Positions 39,670-50,488 of a stretch of DNA of 64,000 nucleotides are shown piece after piece. The notes under the pieces are model-generated. The model was not told the origin of the DNA and ran no database searches. It worked only from the letters and a program-made list of their open reading frames with translations. The stretch is from assembly GCA_965237955.1 (NCBI GenBank), contig OZ250169.1:1472001-1536000 (forward strand). The letters are read 5' to 3'. This DNA is from Candidatus Marinacidobacterales bacterium (GTDB lineage Bacteria; Acidobacteriota; Vicinamibacteria; Marinacidobacterales; SMYC01). Position numbers and translations under genes: made by a program. The stretch's first letter is position 1, and every line of letters begins with the position of its first letter.

Positions 39670-41132
39670 AGGACGGAGAGCGAAGGTTCGACAGAATCCT
39701 TTGCAGACAGCCATGATCGGCCGGCTGGCGATAAGAACAGCTCCCTGCCATTCTTGGGCATGATGAGAACCAACGGATTCGCCGGACCTAAGACCATCGG
39801 CTGCGTGACGCCATCGCCGCGACTGGTCATGCGGACCTGTTCCGGGACGTCGCCATCCCTGCTTCGACGCGACGCACATGGGCGCGCGGCGACGTGCGGC
39901 CCGTGGTTGCTTCGGTGGGCGTTGAGTTGGAGGTCTACGAGTTGTTGGAGCAGGTCGACACACTACGACGGCGAGCCAAGATGCAGGCGGCGGTCATCGG
40001 ATTACTGGTGCGACTGTTGACGCTCCGCGGTGGCAACCTCGACGGCGATCGCGTTCCCGATGGGGCGACAAAATCCTCGGTGCTGCGTGCCATCGCGTCG
40101 GCGACTGTCCTCCTGCCGCTGGGGACTGCACTCAAGATCGTGGGCGTCTCATCGGCGCGCTATCACGCGTGGAGGCGTAAGGAAGAGGGCTGCGGGCTTG
40201 AGGACCAACCGAGCTGTCCGAAGTCTTTCCCGTGCCAGCTGACGCGCGAAGAAGTCTCCACGATGCGGGATTTCGTCGAGTCTGGCGCTTATCGTCACAT
40301 TGCGGTCCAGAATCTGGCGCTCTACGCGCAGCGCCTCGGCAATCTCTTCGCGTCGGCAAGCACCTGGTACAAGATGATCTGCGAGCGTGGCTGGAAGCGT
40401 CCACGGAGGCGGGTGCATCCAGCGAAGCCCAAAGAAGGCCTCCGAGCCACGCGCCCCAACGAGTATTGGCAGATCGATACAACGGTGATCCGGTTGACGA
40501 CCGGCATCCGAATCTACCTCCAGGCGGTCATCGACAATTTCAGCCGAAGGATTCTCGCTTGGCACGTTAGCGACAAGCTGATCTCGATCACGACGCGCGA
40601 GCTCCTCATCGAGGCCTCACAGAACCTCCCTCACGCCGCCGCGAACGCCAGCGTGCTTGTCGTCACCGACGGCGGTTCGGAGAACTTCGGCGAGGTAGAG
40701 AAGCTTCTCGATGAATCAAGTTCTCTGAGTCGTGTGCTCGCCCGAGTCGACATAGTCTGCTCGAACTCTTTGATCGAAGCGTTCTGGCGACAATTGAAAC
40801 ACGCGTGGCTTTTCCTGAACACCCTCGACAGTACGGTGGCCGTGCGGCGACTCGTCGCGTTCTACGTCGCGGAGCACAATGAAAAGATTCCGCACGCCGT
40901 TCTTCGGCGGCCGTACACCTGACGAGGTCTACTTCGGTCGGGAGGAGGATTTGCTGGAGCGCCTCGCCGAGCAGCGCAAGAGAGCGCAGCGGGTCAGGAA
41001 CGAGGCGAATCGAGCAGCGAGCTGCTATCGGTGCGAATCTTCACGCGCTGGCCCTGCTGTCCAAAACGTCGGCAGAGCAGGGGCTCGTCGAAAAGCTGCT
41101 CGGAATTCTCCATGAGGTCTATGTGAGTAGCA
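39642..41132 (+). mobile_element. rve-integrase-type IS, copy 1 (frameshifted transposase about 39760-41115)
   Basis: WQIDTT, IDNFSR, TDGGSEN, NSLIEAFW DDE motifs; left boundary defined by alignment with copy 2. Confidence 0.8.
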
Positions 41133-41827
41133 CCGCTGCGCGTAAAGCGCTAAGTTCTGGACGGCGATGTGGCGATAGCTCTCGGACTCAACGAAATCTC
41201 TCATCGTGGAGACTTCGTCGCGCGTGAGCTGGCTGGGAGTGGACTTCGGACAGCTCGGTTGATCGTCGAGTCCGCAGCCGTCTTCCTTACGCCTCCACGC
41301 GTGATAACGCGCCGTCGAGACGCAACACGATTCTGAGCACGGTGCTTAACGACAGGAGACCAGTCGCCGACGCGATCGCCCGGAGCACCGCTGATTTGGT
41401 CTCACCATCGGGAAGGCGATCCCCGTCGAGTTTTCCCCGGCGGAACCTCAACACACGCACGAGTAACCCGATGATCGCCGCCTGCACCTTGGCTCGCTGT
41501 CTTAGATTGTCGACCTGCTCCAACAGCTCGTAGACTTCCAGCTCAACGTCCACCGAAGCGACCACGGGCCGTACCTCGCCGCGCGCCCATGTGCGTCGCG
41601 TCGACGCGGGGATGGCGACATCCCGGAAGAGGTCCGCATTGCCCGTCGCGGCGATGGCGTCACGCAGCCGATGGTCGTAGCTCCGCCGAACTCGGTGGGT
41701 TCTCGTCATGCCCAAGAATGGCAGGGTGCTATTCTCATCGCCAGCTGGCCGATCATGGCTGCGTGCAAAGGAGCCTGTCGAACTTTCCCTCTCCGTCGTC
41801 CACAATGATCGTGCGAAGAGCACGGCT
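41133..41827 (-). mobile_element. rve-type IS, diverged and 3'-truncated copy 2 in inverted orientation
   Basis: Shares the AGCCGTGCTYTTCGCACGATCATTGT start and RPVVASV.VELEVYELLEQVD coding sequence with copy 1. Confidence 0.85.
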
Positions 41828-41936
41828 GTACCTTGAAGCGATCCCACGAGAAGTTCTATACTCTGGGTCTGGCGCAGTTGGCACCTTGAGAGCCTCCATG
41901 CAGGAGGAAACTCCGCACTTTCCTTCATAATCAGCC

Positions 41937-43391
41937 ATGCGAGACACCGTTAATCGACGAGACTTCCTGAAGCAAACCGCCGGCGTGAGCCTGGCCGCGT
42001 TCGCCTCCAGGCCGCGCCTGTCGGCCGTCCAACATGTTCTCGAGCGTGATCGATACCTGCTCATCGACTCCCGCAACGTCGAGCACACCGACAATGCGAG
42101 GCTTACCCCTGGGACCGTTCACAAGCACGCGGGCAATCCCCTCTTCAGTGAAGACAAGCCCTGGGAAAAACGGATCGATAACGTGTACGCGAACGTGATG
42201 TATGACGAGCAGGATCAGCTCTACAAATGCTGGTACAGCCCTTTCATCGTCGACCATTCAGCGAGGGGAATGAGCGCTGCAGAACGCGCAACTCCGTACG
42301 ATCCGCCCGGGAACCGCGAAATGGCGATCTGCTACGCGACATCCCGTGATGGTCTCAGCTGGGAAAAGCCTGAGCTCGGTCTCGTCAAGTATGAAGGCAG
42401 TACGGCCAACAATATTTTGTGGCGTGGAAGTCAACCCACGGGACAGGAGTGGTACGACCCTCACGGAACAGGCATATTCAAGGACCTGAGCGATCCCGAT
42501 CCCAAACGGCGTTACAAAGCATTCTTGAAAGGGAACATCCTCTCCGTGGCGTTTTCCTCCGATGGCGTTCATTGGAGCCCCGCGTTGCCCTGCCCGGAAG
42601 CCGACGTCCCCGGTGATACCCACAACAATGCGTACTGGGCACCGACGCTGGGGCGGTTTGTCGGGATGACGCGTCGGTGGGGCGAGGCACGTGGCCGGCA
42701 GGTGGCCCGGACAACCAGCCCGGATTTCGTCAACTGGACCAAGAGTGAAGTGGTACTCGAGGGATTGACGAAGAGATTCCAGACCTACGCCATGCCGGTC
42801 TTCTATCATGCCGGCGTGTATCTCGGGCTGCTCGCCCTTTATGATGCGGAAGCCGATCGGACATGGACGGAATTGACCTGGAGCCCCGATACAGAAACGT
42901 GGCACCGTGTCTCTGCGGGAACGCCCCTCATTCCGAACGCCGATGAAGAGGGTGCGTATGACTGGGGATGCGTCTATGCTGCCGCGACTCCTGTATTCCT
43001 CGAAGATGAGATCAGACTGTACTACGGCAGCAGTGACGGGTATCACTTCGGCTGGAGGAACGGCTTTTTCTGCTTGGCTACATTGAGACCCGATGGTTTT
43101 GCAGGATACGGACAGCAGGATAACAGTAGACCGGCGGTTGTCACGACCAGCCCGATAGCCGTACGTGCCGGCGTCTTGGCCGTCAGCGCCGATGTAGCGA
43201 CCTCCGGCCATGTTGAGGTCACGGTACTCGATGACGAGGGTGCGCCCTTGGCCGTCAGCGAGCGAATCGCAGCGATCGTTACGGACACAGAGGTTCGTTG
43301 GAGGAACGGTTACTCACTGGCAACGGGGAGCGACATTCGACTGAGATTCGAGTTGAGCGGCGCAAAGCTGTACTCGTTCAGCTTCATTTGA
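41937..43391 (+). CDS. Tat-exported five-bladed beta-propeller glycoside-hydrolase-like protein
   Basis: NRRDFLK Tat motif; Asp-boxes SRDGLSW, SSDGVHW, SPDFVNW; LRPDGF. Confidence 0.8.
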   Translation: MRDTVNRRDFLKQTAGVSLAAFASRPRLSAVQHVLERDRYLLIDSRNVEHTDNARLTPGTVHKHAGNPLFSEDKPWEKRIDNVYANVMYDEQDQLYKCWYSPFIVDHSARGMSAAERATPYDPPGNREMAICYATSRDGLSWEKPELGLVKYEGSTANNILWRGSQPTGQEWYDPHGTGIFKDLSDPDPKRRYKAFLKGNILSVAFSSDGVHWSPALPCPEADVPGDTHNNAYWAPTLGRFVGMTRRWGEARGRQVARTTSPDFVNWTKSEVVLEGLTKRFQTYAMPVFYHAGVYLGLLALYDAEADRTWTELTWSPDTETWHRVSAGTPLIPNADEEGAYDWGCVYAAATPVFLEDEIRLYYGSSDGYHFGWRNGFFCLATLRPDGFAGYGQQDNSRPAVVTTSPIAVRAGVLAVSADVATSGHVEVTVLDDEGAPLAVSERIAAIVTDTEVRWRNGYSLATGSDIRLRFELSGAKLYSFSFI

Positions 43392-43424
43392 TCGGGCAAG
43401 CCGATCGACAGCTTCCGCTAGTTA

Positions 43425-45112
43425 GTTCCTGTCCAGAAACACCATAACTTGTGGTGTGCGACAGGCCTACCGAAGATGTGGGTATTATACGGTTTCGGTA
43501 GGGAACTTCGTAGGGTTGAGAGCGAATGAAAATCTTGGACGAAACGAGAGGCGAATCGTCAGGAATCCAAGGCTATGGGAGCGGAAGAGTAATAGTTATT
43601 ATCTTAATAGATGTCTCGCCATCACCAGTAGATTGCAGGTGATGATGGAACCCCATACGTACGATTTAAAAGAAGGCAATGAGCGCCATGTGCATCGGTC
43701 GAGACCAAAGACTCGTTTCAAGAACGAAATGACGCCTTCGATCCCGCAGCGAAATCGCCGCAGGCGTTGATAGACCCAGGAACTCTTGACCATATCGGTC
43801 ACGGCGAAACCTTGAGCCTTGGTAAAGGCAACATCTTCAACTCCCTTGCCTTTGATGGCTTCCAAGTTTGCCTTTGAAGAAAACGCGCCATCGTAGGCGA
43901 CCTGGCGCGGGGCCCGCTCGTAGAGTTCGACTAGACGGTCGATCATGGTTTCCGCGAGAGTTGAATCGGCCGGATTCCCATCCAAGATCACGCAATCCAA
44001 AATCATCGAGGACGAACCACCAGTCAGACACACCTTGTGACCGTAGAGGGTCTCGCGCCGGTCTTTGCGAATAATGTCGGTGTGTTCTTCGAAGACAGAA
44101 ACGACCTTTTCCTCTGCAGGCACACGCTCTTCGTCGATCACTCGGCGTTGGGTTTGGTTGATGACTTTCTTGGTGAGGACGAGAAAGTGCTCAAAATCCG
44201 CGGCGATCCTCTCCGTACTCGCTCGCTTCACAGGCTCGGTCAAGCCCGACTCTTCCAACTGTTCTACAACGCGTTGAGCGGAGCGATAGGTTTCTTCCGT
44301 CACCTTCAGTAGATCTCGATAGACGCGACGCCTTTGTTGCTTATCCTTCGCGTTCAGAACTCCCAGTCGACGTCTCTTCGCTCGACGCGTTCGATTGCCG
44401 AAGACCACTACTGTACCCAGCAGTTCGCGAGCTCCGCACATCAGGCGAGTGAGAACCCGAACACAGTCATAAAGAAGCTCGGAGTCTGTAGGCGGATGAA
44501 TGTTTGATTCCACTACCGTGCAGTCCACTCGTACTTTTCTTCCCTTTTCGATCCCAGCATCCTCGGCAACGCTCACCAGCTCTCGGTTGATCTGCTCCAG
44601 CGTTTCGAACTTCACGGCTTTGATGTTTGCTGCTAGGGTCGACTTCGACGGGGTCGGCTCTATGATGCCGAGCTGGCAAAACGTCCGATAGCTTCGAGAG
44701 TCTGCCAAGTGAAACGCCAGCTCTCGATAGCTGAACTGATTCAGCTGCTTGACCAACAACGCCCGGAGAACCTGCTCCGCGCTCATTCCCCCACGACCAA
44801 CATCGCTCCCTGCCGATGGGGTGACCGACTTCAGGTCTTGCAGTACCAGCTCATTGAGCTTAGGATGGGCATCGAGCAGCGACGAGATCGTTTCGAGTTC
44901 GCGTGCGTGCTCCAGCTCCAGCCAGGGCTCACGTAGATTTGGCTGTGGGTTGATCGTTTTTCGCATTTAGGGCTGGTCTCCTTTGGAGTTAAGTCATTTA
45001 GAATCGGATGTTTTCAACGACACGGTCCTAATCGACACCCCCTCAGAAGACTAGCCCTAAATTTGCGATTTCTCCTTTTTTCTCAATCCCTTACAGGCTT
45101 CAGGACGGGTAC
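43425..45112 (-). mobile_element. ISNCY-type insertion sequence
   Basis: Imperfect 16-bp IRs GTTCCTGTCCAGAAAC / GCTTCAGGACGGGTAC; TAGTTA duplicated at 43419-43424 and 45113-45118. Confidence 0.85.
43599..44966 (-). CDS. ISNCY/IS5-like DDE transposase
   Basis: RVDCTVVESNIHPPTD, YDGAF, RCGIEGVIS. Confidence 0.92.
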   Translation of the reverse strand: MRKTINPQPNLREPWLELEHARELETISSLLDAHPKLNELVLQDLKSVTPSAGSDVGRGGMSAEQVLRALLVKQLNQFSYRELAFHLADSRSYRTFCQLGIIEPTPSKSTLAANIKAVKFETLEQINRELVSVAEDAGIEKGRKVRVDCTVVESNIHPPTDSELLYDCVRVLTRLMCGARELLGTVVVFGNRTRRAKRRRLGVLNAKDKQQRRRVYRDLLKVTEETYRSAQRVVEQLEESGLTEPVKRASTERIAADFEHFLVLTKKVINQTQRRVIDEERVPAEEKVVSVFEEHTDIIRKDRRETLYGHKVCLTGGSSSMILDCVILDGNPADSTLAETMIDRLVELYERAPRQVAYDGAFSSKANLEAIKGKGVEDVAFTKAQGFAVTDMVKSSWVYQRLRRFRCGIEGVISFLKRVFGLDRCTWRSLPSFKSYVWGSIITCNLLVMARHLLR

Positions 45113-45182
45113 TAGTTAAGCGATCCACAGGCTGTCGGGAGAAAAGCGTGCCTCCCGCTTCTCGCCGTGACGAACACGTCGG

Positions 45183-46224
45183 ATGGATACGATCCCCTAT
45201 CCGTTCTTTTTCGTCTCGAACCGCGGCGGGAGCATGGATCTCTGGCAGCAACGCATCGGGGAGGAAGGGCCGGTAGGTGCGCCGGAGCCCTTGACGGTCG
45301 GTGTCGGAATGCGAAGGGCGGCCTTTTCTCCCGACGGGACGAAGCTCGCTTACTCCAAGGGCCGGTTGGTGGGAAACGTGCGGCGCGTGCCCATTCTCCG
45401 CGATCGTACGGCGAGCTGGGCGGATACCGAGCAGATCACCATAGGCCAGGCATACACCGGCGGCGTCGACATCTCTCCTGATGGCCGGAGACTCCTGGTG
45501 GGCTCCGACCGTTCGGGGAATCGGGATATCTGGGTGCTCCCCGCCGAGGGGGGCGATATGACCCAGTTGACGACGAATCCCACGGGAGATGGGGGCGCAA
45601 GATGGTCGCCGGACGGACGGGAGATTGCCTTCTGGTCCTACCGCAGCGGAAACCGAGATCTCTGGGTGATGCCCGCGGAGGGTGGTCCTGCCCGGCCACT
45701 GACTTCAGACCCAGAACGGGAGTCCAACGCGACGTGGTCTCCTGACGGAACGGAGATCGCCTTTGTCTCGGCGCGGAGCGCAATCCCGGGACATTTGGGT
45801 GGTCTCGGCGGATGGGGGTGAACCGCGCCAGGTGACGGATCATTCCGGTGTCGATCAATTCCCCGCGTGGTCGCCCGACGGCAAGTGGTTGGTGTTTCAG
45901 TCCCACGGGCGCGCGGCCGGTCTCCGGCGCATTCCCGCTGCCGGAGGAGAAGCCGAGCCTGTCACCGAGGGCAGGGCATACCGACCTCGCTGGTCTCCCG
46001 ATGGAAAGGAGACCTACTTCGTGCGACCGACCGACATCAACGTCAACATCTGGGCGGTGTCGCTCACGGACGGGCGCGAGTACCCGGTGACCGATTTCTC
46101 GGGACGGCACGGGAGCCTCGGCTGGTTCTCCCTCGCTACGGACGGGGAGTACCTCTACTTCAACTGGGAAGAGGACCTCGGCGACATCTGGGTCATGGAC
46201 GTCGTCACGGACGAGGGTGAGTGA
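45183..46224 (+). pseudogene. C-terminal PD40-repeat fragment (kinase-PD40 type), frameshifted
   Basis: Many WSPDG repeats; no N-terminus; ends GDIWVMDV. Confidence 0.75.
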
Positions 46225-46970
46225 TGCTACCAATCCATGGTGTCTACGAGGTTGTTGTTCCGGTGAAGGATCTGGCGCGGGCCGAGTCCTTCTATTGCGG
46301 TGTTCTCGGACTCGAAGTTGGGATTCGGGACGAAGAAAGGAGATGGCTTTTTCCTTCGCGCGGGAGAAACGGCGGGGACGGTTGTGCTCCAGGAAACAAT
46401 CGGCGTTTCCCAAGACTCATTTCGCGCTCACGGTCAACGAGGGCGACATTGACGCCGCAGCATCTACGCTAAGGAAGCACGGAATCACAGTCAAGGGCCC
46501 CATATTTTATGGGACTAGCTTGACAACCCCATAAGGGCGATAGTGGAACACGGAAGCCGCTAGGAAACAGGGAAATCCGCCGCCGCTACATGGCTGGGCT
46601 GCTGGCGCAGCCCACAGCGCCCGAACTCACCGAGGCCGGGCTCGTCCGGCTGTCTCCCAACGGGAGACACGATGACTTATTACGATCCACACCGCGTACA
46701 TAAGACGTTGTAAATAAACGACTTGCTTAGAAAACGCCCGCTACCACGCACCAAAAAAATCAAACCTAAGCCGCAGACGGTGACGACGAGCGGAAGCGCA
46801 AGCGCAAGCGCCATGCCAAATCCAGCCTCGCCGCCCACCGGAAGCGGCGGGCGCGTGTCAAGCCATAGGTATAAGTCCCTATTTTATCGAGTGGATGCCC
46901 GCGAAATCCATCTACTTCTCCGATCCCGACGATCACGATTTGGAGCTGTGTGCGCCCATTGAACAACCTA
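46221..46970 (+). pseudogene. VOC/glyoxalase gene interrupted by a MITE
   Basis: VKDLARAESFY...HFAL...GPIF, resuming after 46887 as EWMPAKSIYFSDPDDHDLEL. Confidence 0.85.
46511..46879. mobile_element. 369-bp non-autonomous element (IS1595-like MITE)
   Basis: Ends GGGACT/AGTCCC with subterminal GCTTGACA/TGTCAAGC; TSD TATTTTAT at 46503-46510 and 46880-46887. Confidence 0.88.
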
Positions 46971-47052
46971 GCAACAGAATCCTCGGGGGAACCACCCTAG
47001 AGTTTGACCCCGCCCTCCCAGGCCGCTAGATTCCTCCTTAATAAGGTTACGA

Positions 47053-47457
47053 ATGGCTCTTACCACCGGAACCCGCCTAGGCCCTTACGAGATTCTCGCT
47101 CCGATTGGCAAGGGGGGCATGGGTGAGGTGTACAAAGCGAAAGACACCCGCCTCGACCGCACCGTGGCGATCAAGGTCCTCCCCGAGCACCTTGCCGAAA
47201 GTCCCGAGCGCAAGGCACGCTTCGAGCGCGAAGCCAAAGCGATTTCGCAGCTGAACCACCCGCACATCTGCACTCTCTACGACGTCGGAGAGCAAGACGG
47301 AATCGATTTCATCGTCGTGGAGTACATCGAAGGGGAGACCCTGGCGGAGCGGTTGAAGAAAGGGGCTTTGAAGCTCGAGCTGGCCGTGGAGCATAGCGTT
47401 CAGATCACCGACGGGCTACGCCGGGCGAAAGGTGACGAGCAACTTTCGTTGGACTAG
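47053..47457 (+). pseudogene. Ser/Thr kinase N-lobe fragment
   Basis: LGPYEI..IGKGGMGEVY, VAIK, LNHPHI; ends before HRD. Confidence 0.88.
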
Positions 47458-47534
47458 GACAGGCACCCTCGAAGGAAGCGGGGAGCAACAGCTAGGCCAT
47501 GCCTACGGCGCGCCGTGCCAGCCCTCGACCCTAC
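47448..47534 (+). other. Probable group II intron 3' (domain VI) relic
   Basis: AGGCAC...AACAGCTAGGCC...CCTACGGC...GCCAGCCCTCGACCCTAC resembles IIB intron ends (terminal AC); domain V not seen. Confidence 0.5.
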
Positions 47535-47568
47535 CAGGTGCGGACCAATTTGCCGACGAGCGATAGTT

Positions 47569-48079
47569 TCACACGAAGGAAACCTTTGCTGAGGATCGAG
47601 CAGCCTGGCTGGTTCGGGCAGCCAGCGCCGCCTTCACTCGCTCTTGCGTAAACGGCACCTCTCGGATACGGGAGCCGGTAGCGTCGAAGACGGCGTTTCC
47701 GATGGCTGCGGCGGCGAGCGTGATGGTGGTCTCGCCGGCATCCATCGCTTCCACGTCGGCACGATCGATGATCACCGTTTCCACCTGGGGCACGTCGAGG
47801 CCGAGCGGAAGGCTTCGGTACGTTCCCCAGTCCACCGAGGTCACCTTCTTCTCGTCCCACGTGACCTCTTCGAGGAGCGCGCGGCTCATTCCCCTGTAGC
47901 GTGCCCCCCTCGACCTGATTCCGTAGCCCATCCGGGTTCGAGACGGGGCCGCAGTCGACACCGGCCACCAGACGCTTCACCGCTACGGCTCCAGTGTCCT
48001 GATCCACGTCGACGTGCGCCACCAACGCGCAATACCCATTGTCACCCTCATACAGCACGCACGCCATCCCGCGACCCGT
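47569..48079 (-). pseudogene. C-terminal fragment of a xanthine-dehydrogenase-family molybdopterin subunit
   Basis: VDCG..NPDG..NQVEGG; AGE...AAIGNAVFDATG.RIREVP; frameshifted and cut by IS5. Confidence 0.85.
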
Positions 48080-49166
48080 TGCCTTGGTGCACAACTCCGA
48101 TAGAGGCCGAGAGCTCGCTTGGCCCCGACTCCCATCATCCGATCATCTCGCTATCAGGCATCCCGAGCGCCGTCATCGTGTTGAGAATCTTGCACCCGAT
48201 CCTTGCCTCGACTCTCTGTGCCGCCAACCCTCTCGCTCGCATCGCTGAGCCCACGATAGCCTTGTAGCGATGGAACGTTGTCTCGACTTTGCTCCGTTTG
48301 CTGTAGCCCGATTCTGTGTGCCACTTTCGTTTGCCGAGCCGAGCTTGTGCTGCAATGTTGCGATTGCGCTGTCGGCTGCTCGCCGGCCCCGATGCGAGCT
48401 GGGCGCCCTTGCGCGGCGGTATCAACACCCTCGGCGAGCGATGAGCGCTGTGATTCTCGATTGCCTCATAGACACCGCCGGCGTCGTATGCGGTGTCAGC
48501 TCTGGCCGATGAGATGGGACTGTCGATCTGTCCGACAAGCGATGCAACCCGCGATGAATCGCGGGCTCTTTTGCTCGTCAGCTCGCCGGCGACGACTTCG
48601 CCACTCTGCTCGTCGACACACAGATGGAGCTTGCGATAGTCCCTGCTCTTTGGTGCTCTGCGCAGCTGGCCGGCGTGGACAGCGAGACCGCTGCTGTCGA
48701 TCAAGATGTGCAACGGCGTCTTCTGCTTGTCTTGGTAGAAGGGGACCTTACCCAGCTTCGCCTTGCGCCTCGAGATCGTGGTGTGATCGGGCACATCATT
48801 GTCTAGCTTCATCAGAGCGAACAACGACCGCAGCAATCCCTCGCTCTGCCTAGATGACAGATGAAACACCATGCCCAGGGTGACAGCCGTCTCGATGGCG
48901 TGGTTCGAGTACTTGCGTTGACGGCCCGGTTTCCTCCTCCTCGGCCGGGGCGCGTCCCAGTTCACAAGCTTGCCGGCGGTGAGCGAGATCCAGGCGGTCA
49001 GGCTCCCGCCGTTGCGTAGACCCGCCTCATATTCACGCCAATTCCTCACGCGATAGGCCTTCTTCACATACTTCCGCTGAGTGCGTTTGAAAATGCTCAT
49101 GGGGAACCTCGAATCCGTGAGTAAAGGACAATTGTGGACCGAGATCGCGAGTTGTGCACCAAGGCA
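48080..49166 (-). mobile_element. IS5-family (IS903-like) element
   Basis: Perfect 18-bp IR TGCCTTGGTGCACAACTC / GAGTTGTGCACCAAGGCA; no TSD. Confidence 0.92.
48135..49100 (-). CDS. IS5-family transposase
   Basis: NWREYEAGL, IDSSG, RKLHL, ADTAYD, RSKVET. Confidence 0.92.
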   Translation of the reverse strand: MSIFKRTQRKYVKKAYRVRNWREYEAGLRNGGSLTAWISLTAGKLVNWDAPRPRRRKPGRQRKYSNHAIETAVTLGMVFHLSSRQSEGLLRSLFALMKLDNDVPDHTTISRRKAKLGKVPFYQDKQKTPLHILIDSSGLAVHAGQLRRAPKSRDYRKLHLCVDEQSGEVVAGELTSKRARDSSRVASLVGQIDSPISSARADTAYDAGGVYEAIENHSAHRSPRVLIPPRKGAQLASGPASSRQRNRNIAAQARLGKRKWHTESGYSKRSKVETTFHRYKAIVGSAMRARGLAAQRVEARIGCKILNTMTALGMPDSEMIG

Positions 49167-49893
49167 CTTCGACAACGGAAGCGAGGTCGTCACCAGGCAT
49201 GAGCGCGGTGAGTCGCTCGAGCTTATCGCGGAGCTCGGCGCTCGCTGTAAACTGAACCTTGAAACGAGCGGGTGCCAGCGGCTCCACGACCGCCTGCTTG
49301 GCGGGTGCCTCTTGCGCCGGAGGGGGCGGAGCATCCTGCCCAACTCCGTCTGGACGTTGTTGCGTAGCTTGCATCGCTGGCTTCCCGCCTTCGCTCGTCG
49401 AGCGTCGGCGAGGCCTAGCCGAAGCCTTGGCGTCGGCTGGCGCCAGTCGCTTCGGAAGCTTTCGGATCACGGACGGAACGTCCGGCTTCGGCGCAATCTC
49501 GGCCACTAGCTCCTTGATTGCGTCCTTGGTCTTGTGGGTCGCGCGAGCCAATAGCTCGTCGCGATTCGACTCGGTCAGATGCCGCGCCAGCTCAGCAATA
49601 CCGCTCAAGTGCATGCGTCCGTCGCCGAGCATCGTCAGCAGAACCGGATGTCTCCGTGACGCGCGCGCTACATGGATCCGTAGATAGGCTTCCGCCTTCG
49701 AAAAGTGCAACACATCGATGCAATATTGAAACATCGACGGCGACGCCTGGCGAGCAAAAAGTCGGCGTGTATCAACCTCAGCGATGTGCGCGACGAGGTC
49801 GGACTCGACACGTCGTGACTGTTTCAAAACATCCGACAGTCGACGGAGCAGCTCGTCATCCGACAGCGATTTCAAAGCTTGTGTTGTCTTCAT
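49167..49893 (-). pseudogene. DUF222-like (HNH-associated) protein truncated by IS5
   Basis: LSDDELL...LVAHIAEVDTRRL..SMFQYC; C-terminus replaced by IS sequence. Confidence 0.75.
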
Positions 49894-50488
49894 GACCTTC
49901 TTATAACACGGACTTTTTCGACGCTCTGAGCTCGCGCGTGTCGTGCGCAAACAGGCCGAGAGACTTTCGACGTCTCGCCAAGCAAGAGAATACGGCTATC
50001 GCTTCTCTATCACGCGTAGAGGCGCATCACAGATCGCGCCCGCGATTTCTCTCAAACGGCCTTGGAAAAGCTGTCAAGTAAAAAATGGGGTCCGGACCGG
50101 GTACATTGGTGACAAAACAGACCCCGGAGCACTTCTACGTCGCGCAGACCTATCCCAATGGAATGCTCTCTTTTGAGTCCACGCAGTGGTACATAAGTGG
50201 CTGCCTAGAATCAGAGCGCGTTGGTCTCGAGGAAGTTGACTCGCGCATCGCCGTTCTTCCCGCCGGAAGTCGCCGTGGACGCTTCTCGAAGTCGTGGCGG
50301 CCGCGCCTTGCGCCGACGGGTCTTCTGCTCTTCCAGCGAGAGAGCTCTCTGTGGGCGGCTCCGTTCCAATCTCCAACGCAACCCCGTTTGTAGCAATAGC
50401 TTGCAGCGAGCGATCACGGACCAGACGCGAGCTGGAGCGGAAGGAGTGTGTCCGATGCGGTGCCTCAGGGAGGAAGACGGCTCGAAGC

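Noticed and set aside
39760-39900. Programmed frameshift in the rve transposase
   Set aside because: Copy 2 reads through this region in a single frame and no slippery motif is evident, so decay or error is more likely.
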